Below, piece by piece: positions 13,724-26,584 of a DNA stretch of 64,000 nt (position 1 is the stretch's first letter; every line of letters starts with the position of its first letter). The position numbers and the translations under genes were made by a program. The notes under the pieces are model-generated. The model saw only the letters and a program-made list of their open reading frames with translations. It was not told the origin of the DNA and did not search any database. Source of the DNA: Calcarisporiella thermophila CBS 279.70 (Eukaryota > Fungi > Calcarisporiellomycota); assembly GCF_041956535.1 (NCBI RefSeq), contig NW_027192201.1, forward strand, positions 672,206-736,205, read 5' to 3'.

Positions 13724-14202
13724 TCAGGGGTTAGGCTGGTGAACTGAGATAACGGTGACAATAGCCGCCACAGCTCCTAATATTAGGACACAAGCAAGAA
13801 CGCTCCACCACGTACGCGCCCGCCGGTACCATACAACCTCACCCCCTCGTTTCTCGAAAGTGTCTTCCCGGCTAACTCGTTTATCCGCTTGTGAAGTGAC
13901 TTACGCAAAAAGTACATGAACTAATGAGACCATGACAATGACACTTTCAACTGTAATTGTACCATACCAGCTGTTTCCGCATCCCCAATACGCCGTCCCT
14001 CTGGTCTGATTCCAGCATGTTCGCTTTTTTTGCCCTCTTTGCCTGACTCTGAATCACCCTTTATTCGCAAATTCTTATTCCGCGGTGATTTAAAGTTAAT
14101 GTCAAGAATGTAAGAGCGACTCTTTGGATTATTGGCGTCGGCGAGGACAGAATCTTCAGGTAGGTCGACGCAAACGTTGATATGGGGGGGCGACTCGGCC
14201 AT
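13724..14202 (-). CDS. Small orphan protein with a C-terminal transmembrane helix (tail-anchored-like); splice junction uncertain
   Basis: ORF MAESPPHINVCV... followed by a frame encoding WYRRARTWWSVLACVLILGAVAAIVTVISVHQPNP*. Confidence 0.45.
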
Positions 14203-14732
14203 GGTTGTGATTTGCAAAGAAACGGGGAAAAAGAGGGCGAGAGAGGATGCCATAGAAATATATTGTGGCATTACGACCATTTTTGGGAGGGTGTCTGAAA
14301 TTATCTCGACTTCGTTGCCGCCGTTCTTCGATATCGAATCCGCCCCCTAAAAAGCCACAAGTAAGCCCAAGTGCGACACTGCTAGAGCCGAATTTTGATA
14401 GTCTAGTACCGTGCTATGCCTGATAGTGCCAAAAGAGACCTGCTTGTTATCTCCCGAAAATAAAAAAAATCCACATGCTCGGGTATTTTCAAGCTTTTCG
14501 GCTATTCAGCTTATTTTCACTTGACCCTGAATTCCGCCTCTGCAACGTTTCGCCCTTTGCGTGAACTCGACAACCTCTGCTCTCTTAGACCATCCAACTA
14601 GCAGTCAACCTGACGTCAGTAATATAATTCGCACTCAGCTCCCTCCAAGAAAAATTCCACGTCTTTATTTCGCGAATACTATTTCTAATTCATCGGATAT
14701 ATTTACCTCTCACTCGCTCCCCCATACAAGTC

Positions 14733-15439
14733 ATGGCTGTCCTTCTCATCTTGGGCTACGGCCTGATAATCGCTAATCTCTTCCTGGATGGTACACTACA
14801 CTTTGACCGTTCCTCAAATCGTCTTGAACTGGGTCCTGCCCTCCGTGATGAAGTCGGGGCAAAAAATGTCCTAATCGCATACGGAATCTCTCTCTTCATC
14901 CCCATTCTCTTTGCTATTTTTGGCGCAAATTATGACATGAGCTGGATGGGATGGTTTGGATTGAGTTTGATGCTGGGTGGAGGAATCCTGTGCGCTTGGG
15001 CCGCGAGAGTGAATCAATTTTATTACAGGGGAATCGTGCAAGCGGACCAGTATTTGTGCACCGAAGGAGTAAGTCCATCCCCATGTTTTAAGCGATTGTT
15101 TTAGGGTGAGACTAGTGCACTGATCATTCACTGATTAGCCCTATAAAGTTCTGCGCCATCCTGGCTACTTGGGAAGTGTGCTCGTCTGGATTGGCTTTGG
15201 GCTGACCAGCTCTCATTGGATTGTCGCTTTATTAGTGTCAGGTAGGGACATCAATACCCATTCTCTCTTCTCTCTCTTGTGATTCTTGGACAACTCATTC
15301 TCTGCTTTCACTAGTTATAATGGGCTTCAGCTACTGGAACCGAGCGCGCAGAGAGGAAGACGCTATGTATGAACGCTTTAGCGTCGACTACCAAGCCTAT
15401 GCCGACGAAACGGCTGCGTTCATTCCGTTCGTATATTAA
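14733..15439 (+). CDS. Isoprenylcysteine carboxyl methyltransferase / PEMT-family membrane protein, 3 exons
   Basis: Multi-TM; LCTEG|PYKVLRHPGYLG and RARREEDAMYERF..DY..Y.....FIPFVY motifs. Confidence 0.8.
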
Positions 15440-15794
15440 ATTGTCGCCTTCTCCTATATCGCAAATTTTCTCCTTCCTTTTCTCCTTTTTTTTCCTAATC
15501 TTTGCTTTTGTTAAGTCACTCCTCCTACAGCTTTCTATATATTGAAGTTCCTGTATTGAGAGTCGAATTCTTTCTCTCTCGACTTATACACACATATACA
15601 TGTCAACCTTTTCCACCCCTTGTTTTTTCCGGATACAGAGATGTTTTTTTTTTTTTGCTTTTTCCTCTGATACACATTAATATATATATTTTAACTCCAA
15701 GGAAACGATGATTTTTATTAGTTTCATACGTATATAATTGAGAGAAGAAGGAGATCTTGTCACGTCTTATTTTTGCGTAATATTGACTAAATAT

Positions 15795-18467
15795 TCACAT
15801 CTTCTCCGGCTTTTGGGTTTTTCCATGGTTAAATGCAAAAGCCTGGCTCTCCTGCAATCGCGTGAACTCGTATCCACCTTCGCCGTCAAAACGAAGGACA
15901 TATTCATGGTGACGAAGGAGTGTGGTGCGATGGGATACAGCTATGGTTTAAGCATTAGCATGTTATATAGAATAAGAGCAAATCGAGTGCGAGGGGAAGA
16001 GTGTGTCACTTACTAAAGAGTGTGATGCCAATCTCTCTAGCATATTGATACATTAGGGCCTCGACATCCACACTGACGGCACTGGTACATTCATCCAAAA
16101 TGGCAAACTCCGGCCGATGATAGAAGAGCCTTGCCATGGCAACCCTCTGCTTCTCGCCACCGCTCAGCACGTCGGCGAAATCTTGCACTGCATCAAACCC
16201 TCCCTCTCGATCAAGTAAATAGGTCAAATGAACACGCTTCAATAGCTCTCGCAAACTCTCGTCCGTATACCCCTTCTTCCTCGCCTGCTCTTTAGTGTCG
16301 GGGTAGATGATCTGGTCTCTGAAAGTCCCCACGGAGAGATATGGCTTTTGAGGGACATAAAACAATTTCTCAGGCTTTGGTTTGGTCACTGTGCCTCCAA
16401 ATAGCGGCCACAAGTCACCCAGAATTCTAAAGAGCGAGCTTTTGCCGCAGCCATTTGGGCCGCTGATCAAGCAGTTCATCCCCTCCGTCACCTTGAAACT
16501 CAGCTCCTTCACCAGCACATCGCGATTGGGGGTCACGATGGGTACCTTTTCGAAATGGATCACCCCATCCTGTAATTTGACTGTCCCACGTAGTTGTGCT
16601 GTATCTACCACTTGAGTTTTGGGAATATCCCCATGCTTGACACTCGTCGTTTCATAGTCTTCTTCATCTTTCTGCACCATGGTGCGCACATATCGTCCGC
16701 GATTCACATCTTCCAGTACGTCAAACAGCTCTGATACCCGGGAGGTATAGCCAGCAAACCGTGTAAGATCTCGGCCCGCAAGAATCAATCGACCAACTGC
16801 TTGCGAAAGGTTAATAAGGAATCCAGAATTTCGAGAATAATCTTCCATAATCTTGGTCGGGTCCGCATTCGATTTTCCCATAAACTCGGTTGCGTATTTG
16901 GGATCGAACACAGGTCGAGCCAACAGGCTAAATGAAAAGAAATGCAAAATAAGGTCTCAGCTCCGGAGAGAACTGGGCAAATAAACGGCGACATTACTAG
17001 TAGGCAGTCATGGTAGCTAAATATTTCACCATAATACTGTCGAATATCCCATTGAAAAATCTTAAAAGATAGACCTTGCGTACGTGACGAGCAATCTACG
17101 TAACAGAGCTATGAATATGAATAGGAAAAAAAAAACCAATGGCAGCCTGCTAACCCTGTCAAAACTCTCATTGGCAATATTCTTCTCGCGCATACCACCG
17201 CGATAAAATGCTATTTCCTCCGAATGAGTGATAATTCGTGACTGGATCATAAAATCACCCAAAAAAAACTTAATAAAATCATTCGATAAATCTTAAAAAA
17301 AAGACATTTACATGTGAGAATCTGTAGTCCCCTTCCAACTTCTGCTCTTGCGCCGTATCTAATAAATATGAAATGTTATTATATCAATTTCCGGTAGTAA
17401 GGCGTTAGAACATGAATTACATTTTCCAAAATGGGGTGAGAAGGCTCTCATAAAAGCCGCCGATGCAAAAAAGTACCCAACGATGTAAATAGGAGCCTCT
17501 TTGCCTAGCGCCTGCCCGAGTTTATAAGCGAACAGAAAGATATCCACAAGCGGTTTGGCAATATCGGAGTAGAGATGGCTAAGACTGTCGCTGAATTTGT
17601 CAATATCCTACAAGGCCGAATTAATAAATAGTTTTGAGTATGAAACTAGGAAATAAAAAATCAAACTAAAACTAACCTGAGTAAGAAGCTGATCAGCATT
17701 CTGAATACGGCCATCGAGGTTACTGACCTTATAGAATGTCATTTCTCCAAAGTATTTTTCATGGGCATACTATAGATTAAAGGTTACTAAGGTGAGCGTA
17801 AATCTAGCTCAATAACATAGTATGTACCTTGGTTAACCGGGTTCTGAACGCCAGAGCGAGAGCTCGAATGGTCAGTTTCAATGAGTTGTTGACAATACTT
17901 AGAGGCCACTAACAATCATTGCATATGTTTCAACACTGGTTACTAAAGGATATATTCATCCATTACCATCATGATTCCAAACTCTATAATCGCAAGCGCT
18001 ATAAATTTTTTACGGTCTCGCGACACGATAGCCTTGACAACCGAGCCGTTGAAGGCGGAGAACCCTTTATAGAGGGAAAAATCATGTGAGGATCTCCATA
18101 GTATTGTGATTCGTCAATATTTTCAGTTACATATATCGAGCCATGTTCTCACAATTAGAACAGCGGCTAGTGAGACAAGCAAACCAGCCTCGCTTGACCA
18201 AACACCTAGAAAGAGATACACGAAAAAGGGTTACTTAAGCAATTTTAGCCTCCATTTGAAATACTCACCGGGAATACAAATGGGTAGCAGCTTTCTCATC
18301 TGTTTGAGAAACTGCGCATTGACTCCTACTTTCGAGTGCGCCACCGACGGTTCAGATTTTTCCCCTGACTTTGCCTTCTTAACATAACGAGAGGTGATAA
18401 GGAGAAAGGCGAGGATGAGAGCGATGGATCTTGCGTGAACGGGTCTAAGGGTTGAAATGGCGGCCAT
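15795..18467 (-). CDS. Peroxisomal ABC half-transporter (ABCD/PMP70/Pxa family), multi-exon
   Basis: NLDGRIQNADQLLTQD, SEEIAFYRG, Walker A GPNGCGKSS, LSGGEKQRVAMARLFYHRPEFAILDECTSAVS. Confidence 0.94.
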
Positions 18468-19376
18468 TGGCGAGGAAAATTATATTATAAGCACTAGGTG
18501 TAAGGTATTAGCTAGGAAAAATACGTTCTTTTTTCACGTTGCCTTGCATGTTTTTTTTGTCTGTTTCAACATGTACTACGGAATAGGCTATATTACAAAT
18601 TATCAAAAACAAGGCAACGTTCGCATTTGTGCCACTAATTGAGGGGTTGAAAGCTACCATAAGGATTGGAACTATGAGCCCTCGTCTTTCCTTCTCGAGC
18701 GCTCGTGCATCAACTCTGATGGCTTGCTCCCAAGATTGGGCGGTTGGCCCAGCATATTGGTATTCTACGAGGCAATTTGTGCCATTGTCTTCTGTTCCAA
18801 ACGGTAGGTGTGATAAGCACAGCGTCAGTAATGGAAGGGCCCCAAAACGCTCCAGTACAAATAAACTTCGTGTAATACCACTTGGGCTTTGTAATCCTTC
18901 CACAGTAGCTCAGCAGCTAATCGAGTGAAAGTTGGGGAGGTTGTTTTGGATAACAGATGTAACCTTTCTCGGTTTTACCCTGATAGAATGGGTATCACTT
19001 GAAGAATTCCAGCTATCTTGCAAGAGTCAGGTCAATAGAATCCGCATGGTATGATATATCGGTCGGACGATCTGTACTTGCGTGTGAAAATGCCAATGTC
19101 GGAGTGTTTCTGTAGCACTCTAACCTAACCTACCTGTGAGTCTAAAGATGAAGAAACCCTACGCAATCGACATGACATAATATAATAACCTAACCTAAGC
19201 CATTAAAAATCCAAAAAAGAGCAGAAGGAAGTTTTTTTTTCGTTTTCTTTCTCAAAAAAGGATTTCTTCAATAAGAACGAAAACGCTACTTCCAAAAAAG
19301 AGGACGACTCGACACGCATTACATTTTTATCTTTTTGACAGACCCCTACCAACGAAACCTATAAATTTACTCCAAG

Positions 19377-20377
19377 ATGAGCCAACGCAACAATGAACTC
19401 GACGGCGTACCAGGGCAAGGGAGCTTCTCAGCCTCGGATCTTCAGCAGCCGCATCAGCAGCAGGAGGATCACGGTGGGACGAAGCGAGTACACGATGATG
19501 TTGAGGACGACTCTGAAGACGACGACGAGCGCCCGAAGGGGGCCAAGCGTACATCCATGGGGAGACGCAAAATTCGCATCGAATACATTTCGGGTAAATA
19601 ATTAAAAAATTTTTTTCTCCTGATCATGACTCAATTTTTTATTTACCTTGATTTTTGATTTGTATAGACAAGAATAGAAGGCACATCACATTTAGTAAGC
19701 GCAAAGCTGGCATAATGAAGAAAGCTTACGAGCTTTCAACCCTGACCGGCACCCAGGTGCTCCTGCTTGTGGTGTCGGAAACAGGGCTGGTGTATACATT
19801 CACGACGCCCAAGTTACAGCCGCTGGTGACTAAGCCAGAAGGGAAGAACCTGATTCAGGCATGCTTGAACGCGCCAGACCCGGCGACGTCCACAAATCCT
19901 TCCCAGCAAGAACAATCTTCACCGGTAAGGGAACTCTTGTGATAACTCATATAAACAATATGGGAGTCCTTTTTTTTACCATTTTTTTATTGTATTTGAT
20001 AGTCTCGTCCCCCTCTGTCTACATCCGCTGCCGCACCAAACTCTCTGGAGCCAGGAAACGACAGTCTCTACGGTGGGGGCGATGATCGTAGGGTAAATTA
20101 CCTCTAATTTCCAAATTTATTTTTCCTGGTGTTAAATAATTTAATTCAATGATAGGCAAGTCACCCACAACAGGGATCCGCTCCAGCAGGCGGTTCCTAT
20201 CTCTCAGGAATGAGTTATGGCCAGGGCTATCAAATGTCGGGCCAAATGCCATCTCTGCCTGGCGGAGGCCTTGCTGCACAATACATTAATTCTGCTCAGT
20301 ATCCTCACTACTCGCAATCCGCAGACAATAGCATGTACCGTCAGTCAGGCCAGTATCCACCTCCCTCCGGATACTAA
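19377..20377 (+). CDS. MCM1: SRF-type MADS-box transcription factor (Mcm1), 4 exons
   Basis: GRRKIRIEYI|DKNRRHITFSKRKAGIMKKAYELSTLTGTQVLLLVVSETGLVYTFTTPKLQP...GKNLIQACLNAP. Confidence 0.95.
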
Positions 20378-20706
20378 AGCGGCCTGCATCTGATCCCTTT
20401 CCATCTCATTGAATTTAAGAAGACAAAAAAGGTCTGACAAAGGCATAAACTGAGAATGGAAATAAAAAACTATATATTTCATACTAATTTTTTATTTCGT
20501 GTGTTTGTGTGTTATATCTTTTCCTCTTTTTTTCTGTGTTTATGTTTGATGCCTTGTGTCTCTCCTTTAATATATTTCCTTTTTTTTCTTATTCTTTACA
20601 TAACAATATTAAATCGCAGGCTGTTGTTGTTTTATATATATTAAATTTTTTTTCTACTCTTCCAATAGCATTAAAATATTACTTTATATCTTATATTTTT
20701 ATTTAC

Positions 20707-21497
20707 TTAAAATTCAAAGCTCTTGTCGCTATCCTTCTTCAATAGCTCAAACATTCCCTCCGGCAATAACGGCATTTCTTTGGCGTCCTTGTGTGTTTTC
20801 TGCCACTTGCTATCGGCGGGAACAGCGATATATCGGAAAGGAAGCACAACGGATTCACGACGCGAAAACCACACCTCCGGTGAGTCGATATAAGGAATTT
20901 TGTCTAACGGAACTAGAGAAAACAAAAAATAACGGCGTCAATATATAAACCCTTTATGCACCGAGGAAACAATAGTCTTAAGCTACTTTTATCTTCAATA
21001 ACACGCTTGGTAACATTCACAGCTGTGTCGGTTGACATTTGAATGGAACCAAGATGCCGGCCCTCAAAGCCCAGTTTGCGAAGCTCAGCAGTTCTATCTA
21101 AAATTACAAATCACAAAAGCCGATTTTAGCAACCAAATGATAAGAAGGATTATAAAAGTTTTGAATTTTCTTAGCGGCCCTTACCCCTTGGTGGATGATC
21201 ACCAAGGATCCCTCCAAATAGGAAATATTCAAACTTTTCTCCATCTTCGGGACTCAAAGCCTTTTCTGCGGCAGGATCTAACAAGCAAATTTTTTTCATG
21301 TCTATTCCAAGGCTCAATACATCCTCTGTCCGGAGTTGGGCGCCACGAAGACGTTCTGGTGCTGAAGCCAATGTTGTGGGTGTGAGATGGGTGAACCACA
21401 GATGTTCGCCTCCGATATTTTGGAGCATATGGTAGTACTCGGTCTCACACCATTCATGCATGCCCTCCTCCAGATGTTCGATTATATAGTTGTGCAT
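20707..21497 (-). CDS. SFM1: SPOUT-family protein arginine methyltransferase Sfm1 (DUF431)
   Basis: YIIEHLEEGMHEWCETEY, ICLLDP, FLFGGILGDHPPR|DRTAELR, RHLGSIQMSTDTAV, LPFRYI. Confidence 0.9.
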
Positions 21498-22079
21498 TTT
21501 TATCAAGTGTTGTTTGTATCTCTGTATGTAATTCTTAAAAGCAAGAAAAGGGTAGCATAGAATTTAATATTTGATGAACGAATGATAAACAATTCGAGGA
21601 ATAAAAAGTGACTGCAGAGTGACTATTTAGTGTCTATATTGTGGCAGTATCGATCGAACCTAGCATTTGAATATTCATTTGGCCCGAATCGAGCTTTCCA
21701 AGTACTTTTATTGTTAAATTAAATGTGGAAGTGGGTGATATATTCGTGTGCATTTTGACAAATGGTAGATGGTCATGAGTGGAAGTTTCTGAAAGGTTTT
21801 TGTACCTATCTCGATCAAAAAAGGACAAACTAATATTGAAAAGGCTATTAACTTGAGGTTAAGGTGAATTTTATTATATTGCCCCTAAGTCCTCTAGGAA
21901 ACAAGTTAGCAGTTCGGTAACCGCCCCAAAATCACCAAGTGAAATTTATCGTTTACAAATCTTTAGAAAGTGTGACGGTTTTTTCTGAAGATCCTTGGAA
22001 CTGCTAAGAAAACAGTAAAAAATCACACGCGTTGACATTCTAATTGCTACGACACTATAATTAGAGTTCATCACTACTT

Positions 22080-24479
22080 ATGGCCTCGGATGAAGCATCC
22101 CAAACCCTACGCCTGTCCTACCCGCCGTCTGATAAGCCTGTTGAGCAGTTAACCCATCATGAGAAACTTATGAAAATCGGCCGTAATATTCCATGCAATA
22201 CTTGCTCATGTAAAGGTTGGAGGCCAAAACCTCCCGGACCAGGGCGTGCAGATTCATGTGCATGCGGTCATAAACTCTCGTCTCATGGAGGGCAATGTTC
22301 TTCGGAAGAATTTGAGAGACGATTAAGAGTTGCAATAAGGATTGATGAATTACTGGAGGTAAATTATTGACTAGAACAATTGGTTTCTTACTGTTGAGAG
22401 CTGCCACATAATAATCGCACTTGAATTCATACGTAATAATTTGTTCTCACATTAGGAGATGGAAAAGCTCTTGGATTTTGACTACGAGGATGAGGACATC
22501 AGATCACTAAGAAAGTAAGTTGTCATATAATCTTTATTAAAAAAACATTGTCTGCAGAATGTCTGTCTGATCTCCTTTTGTCTAGACAAATGATATTACA
22601 GGATGGTACTCCATCCCCGCATAAATCTCCCTCGCTAAAAAGTATTAATGAAATGCTACTGTTGTCTATATTTTAATTCTAAATTCTTGAGGACTTTTAG
22701 GATCTCGTGAAGGATCTGTAGAGGATGGAGAGGGAGACGAGCCTATTAGTAAACGGGTCAAACTCGAGGGAGAAACTAATGGTGTCGCGAGTGTAGAAGG
22801 TAGTTGAATCAAGAGCTCTCATTTAGTGTTGAGATAGCATTGACCTTCTCATTCTCCCTAGATGGAGACCAAGAACCCAAGGATAAAATAACAAATGGAG
22901 CCGAAGTTTCTGAGGCAAGTATTAGTGGATTTTCTATTGCTGAGGCGAGTCAACATTTAACGCTCATTACGTCTGCATTTGTAGTTGTCGAAAAAGGAAA
23001 AAGAAGCAGTATTAGAAGAGAGAGCGGGGATTGTGGAATTTCGCGTGGTCGCCAATGATGGGACACGAGATAGCATGATATTCTTAACTGGACTCAAGAA
23101 CATCTTTCAGAAACAACTCCCGAAAATGCCTAAGGAATATATTGCAAGATTAGTTTACGATCGGTGAGGATAAGTTTGCTTATATTTGGAATCAGCAGTA
23201 ATAACAATTATGCAATGCTCTAGGAATCATGTGTCAATGGCGATTGTCAAACGGGATATGTCTGTAGTAGGGGGGATTACGTATCGCCCTTTTTATTCTC
23301 AAAAGTTCGCTGAAATTGTGTTTTGCGCTATTGCGAGTCAGGAGCAAGTTCGAGTGAGTGTCAAGTCTTTATATGTAGAAGATTACTATCTTATTCACAT
23401 TTTGCATTTTAACAGGGCTATGGTTCGCGTTTGATGAACCACTTGAAAGATTACATTCGATCTGTGAGCGACATTCAGCATTTTCTAACATATGCTGATA
23501 ATTATGCTACAGGCTATTTTGAAAAACAAGTAAATATAGACTACAATGGAGACTATTTTGATCCTCTTTTAATACCTAGAAAATATTCACTAGGGATTTA
23601 CGAAGGAGATTACCCTCGACCGCAGTATGTGGGTCGGATATATCAAGGATTATGAAGGAGGCACTCTGATGCAGGTATGGTTGTAGTGGCATGTATTACG
23701 GACCAAGCGTAAGAGTAGATTGAACTCCTCTGTTCTTTTCTCATGTATAGTGCTCTATGGTGCCGAAGGTCCAGTATTTACGAGTGCGAGAAATTCTTGC
23801 TATCCAAAAAGAGGTAATAGCCTATGTTGTTTTTTTAGTGCAGATTTGATAAATCTATCTATTTCTTAGGTGGTGTATGAGAAAATCAAAACTCGATCTA
23901 CTTCTCACATCGTGTACCCGGGATTAGTCGAATTCCGCGAAGGCTCAAAGGAGGTTGATCCTATGACGGTTAGAGGAATAAGTATATATTTCTCCCTTTA
24001 TTTGTATGGAAAAAATTTTTTATCTCACTCTCATTATTTCGCTCAGAGGAATCTGGATGGACACCGGAAATGGACACAGCGTAAGTTCTCAATATTTACT
24101 CCTTTTCACCTTATTCCACTGCTAACTATGGTCTCATAGACCGAACCAAATACCACGCAGCGAACATTACACTACGATGCGTCAACTCGTCAGCGAGCTA
24201 CAGAACCACAACAGTTCATGGCCCTTCTTGCAGCCTGTGAATAAGGATGACGTTGCTGACTACTATGAGGTGATCAAGGATCCAATGGACTTGGCCACTC
24301 TAGAATCCAAAGTGGAGGCCGATATGTACAAGACACTCGACGATTTTCAAGTTGATGTGCAGAAAATATTCGATAATTGCCGCACATACAATGCAGAGGG
24401 GACGCCGTATTACAAGTGCGCAAATCGGTTAGAAAAATACTTTAAGGATCGACTGAAGTACTGGCTTGAGCAAACCTAG
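22080..24479 (+). CDS. GCN5: Histone acetyltransferase GCN5 (PCAF-N-like Cys/His module, GNAT domain, bromodomain), multi-exon
   Basis: [64 protein letters not shown], bromodomain WPFLQPV..DYY..IKDPMDL. Confidence 0.96.
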
Positions 24480-25047
24480 TGTGGAACATTGCTTTCGAAT
24501 TTATCATTTGAGGTTCTATTTTTCTACCTGTTTTATTATTTGTAAATTAATGCGCTTTTTCCTTGTCGTTTGTTTCTTTTTTCAAATTTTTCTTCATTTT
24601 AGAACAATGGAATCTCTTCTATATCCTTTGAAACTTCCGACTCTTAACCTAGAGAAAATTACACACAGAAATAACAAAAAAAAAATAATATAATAAAACA
24701 TTCGGATACGAAATAAAAGTAAAATAAGAAAAATAAAAGGAATAAAAGCAGAAAATAAATGGTTCATACAAACAGAGATAAGAGGAAATAAAGTATAAAA
24801 TCACAAAAACGAGGATAGAGTAGAGCGATAGAGAAAGAAATTTACATTCAAATGATCAATAAGAAAAGAATATAAACCGAGGGCCAGTAAATCATAGCAG
24901 TTTAAAAAAAATTTCAGAAAATATAAAATGGAGCATCAATCTTGTCAATGAGCGAGCATATTTCATATATATTTGTATTAGAAGACCGTAGGCGTCAGAG
25001 GAAAGGCTAACAAGCAAGAAAGGTAAGCTACGCTTCTTCCAACTCGC

Positions 25048-25785
25048 TTAGCTTCTTATGATTCTACTTACATTTTCCATTACACCTCTTTCTCGCATCA
25101 AGGCCCACTCACCTGCACCAATGCCTACACACTTCATCGACACTGCTTGCATGATCCGTTGACTTGCTGGACTTATATTCTCGTCACGTGCAGTCACGTA
25201 ACCATAGGTAGTACCTGCCGCACCACGACGGAGAGCAGTCGTTGGAGGAGCACAGAGCATCTGGTTTTGTATCCTCCATGGAGGAGTGGCCTCTGCGATT
25301 CGCTCAGGCCGCCTCCATTGCTGAAGTTGAAGTGGGGAAGTAGTGGGACAAGATTGTGAGAGGATGCTGTTATTTGCATGGTTGGCAGATAGAGAAGTGC
25401 AGCCGCTAGTAGTAAAAGAGGTGTCGAGGTTGAAAGAGGTATCGATTGTGGTGTTGAAACTCGTATCCGCGCCACCATAGTCGTCCAGCGACGTCTCAGC
25501 ATATTCTTCAACGAGCATTGTCATATCCTCATCCTCTTCCATATACGGCTGCTGCTTCTCTTCATCCTCTGCAATCTCTTCGATCTCTTCCTCGATCTCC
25601 TCCTCCTCCTCTTCCTCAAATATATCCTCATCTTCGTATACGTTCCGAAGACCAAAAGCACGTGGTGGTTTACGCTGAGGGGATAGTAAGCTTTCCTCGT
25701 GTGGCTCGTCCAAAGGCGAGGACGGCGAAGAATACTCATCTACAAGAGAATAAGATCGCCGAAATGTAGGTGGGGTTCGTACCAT
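25048..25785 (-). CDS. Orphan acidic, low-complexity protein rich in SP/TP sites
   Basis: Single long ORF (MVRTPPTF...); poly-Glu tract; probable 5'UTR intron donor at ~25922. Confidence 0.65.
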   Translation of the reverse strand: MVRTPPTFRRSYSLVDEYSSPSSPLDEPHEESLLSPQRKPPRAFGLRNVYEDEDIFEEEEEEEIEEEIEEIAEDEEKQQPYMEEDEDMTMLVEEYAETSLDDYGGADTSFNTTIDTSFNLDTSFTTSGCTSLSANHANNSILSQSCPTTSPLQLQQWRRPERIAEATPPWRIQNQMLCAPPTTALRRGAAGTTYGYVTARDENISPASQRIMQAVSMKCVGIGAGEWALMRERGVMENVSRIIRS

Positions 25786-26024
25786 CTTCAGAGAAGGTGT
25801 TGGTTCCTCCTTAGAGAAAAAGTGCTTTGACTGACGGAAGTGAGAATCAATACGCGCGGGCGGCTTGTTTAACAAAAGCGACTTTATTAGGATGAAAAGA
25901 AATATAAACTTAGGCAACCTACCTGAGACCAAGTATAGCGTTTCACTCCAGCATTATTATCTTTCTGTATCTGTGATGATATGTTAACATGAGTAGCGGG
26001 CTCTAGCTCTAAGTAAATAGAAAA

Positions 26025-26584
26025 ACGCGTCAAAATTGGTTAGATTTACATTATATGCTTCACTAAACTGGGGAAATAAAATGGTGCTTTTCCTACCATC
26101 AGATGAACGCTTTATATTCCAAAATGAATCTAACCGTAACTGGCCTCCAACGGTAAGCCGTCTATAATGTGACATCCTCGCGTTTCCGGTATTTGCAATG
26201 GTGATGTTAGTCGACAAAATGCCTAAAAGCAAAGAAACACTGTCAAAATGGTTAGGAACGGTTAATATATATATGAGAACGGGCCAATATATTAACGCTT
26301 TATCGCGACAAAAAGGAGAAAAAAGAAAGTAAAATCTTTACCCTCCACTTAGCTAAGACTCTCCCCTCAAAAAGTATAAAAAACACGTATATATTATCGC
26401 GTTTTCCTTTACTTTTCTCGGGAATAGTTATAAAGGAAAAGGAATAAAAACGCGTTTGAAGAGTAAAACAGAAGAAAACAAATTCGGTGACCCTAAATAT
26501 ACAGCCTAGACAAGCCCCATATAGTATATCACCGAGAGAGGAAACGCGTAAAACGGTCTTCTGAGTTCTGAAATGGCGACGCGG
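26025..26584. promoter_or_regulatory. Cluster of 7 MCB/E2F-like CGCG elements upstream of the orphan gene
   Basis: ACGCGT at 26025, 26450, 26544; TCGCGT at 26178, 26397; TCGCGA at 26303; ACGCGG at 26579, all in AT-rich DNA. Confidence 0.6.

Noticed and set aside
17944-17953. ATATCCTTT in the ABCD gene
   Set aside because: It is internal to a normal GT-AG intron that already restores the frame
1-18467. Lipid/peroxisome 'cluster' (PCC, ELO, PEX19, ABCD)
   Set aside because: Interspersed with unrelated housekeeping genes and spanning different compartments; probably chance
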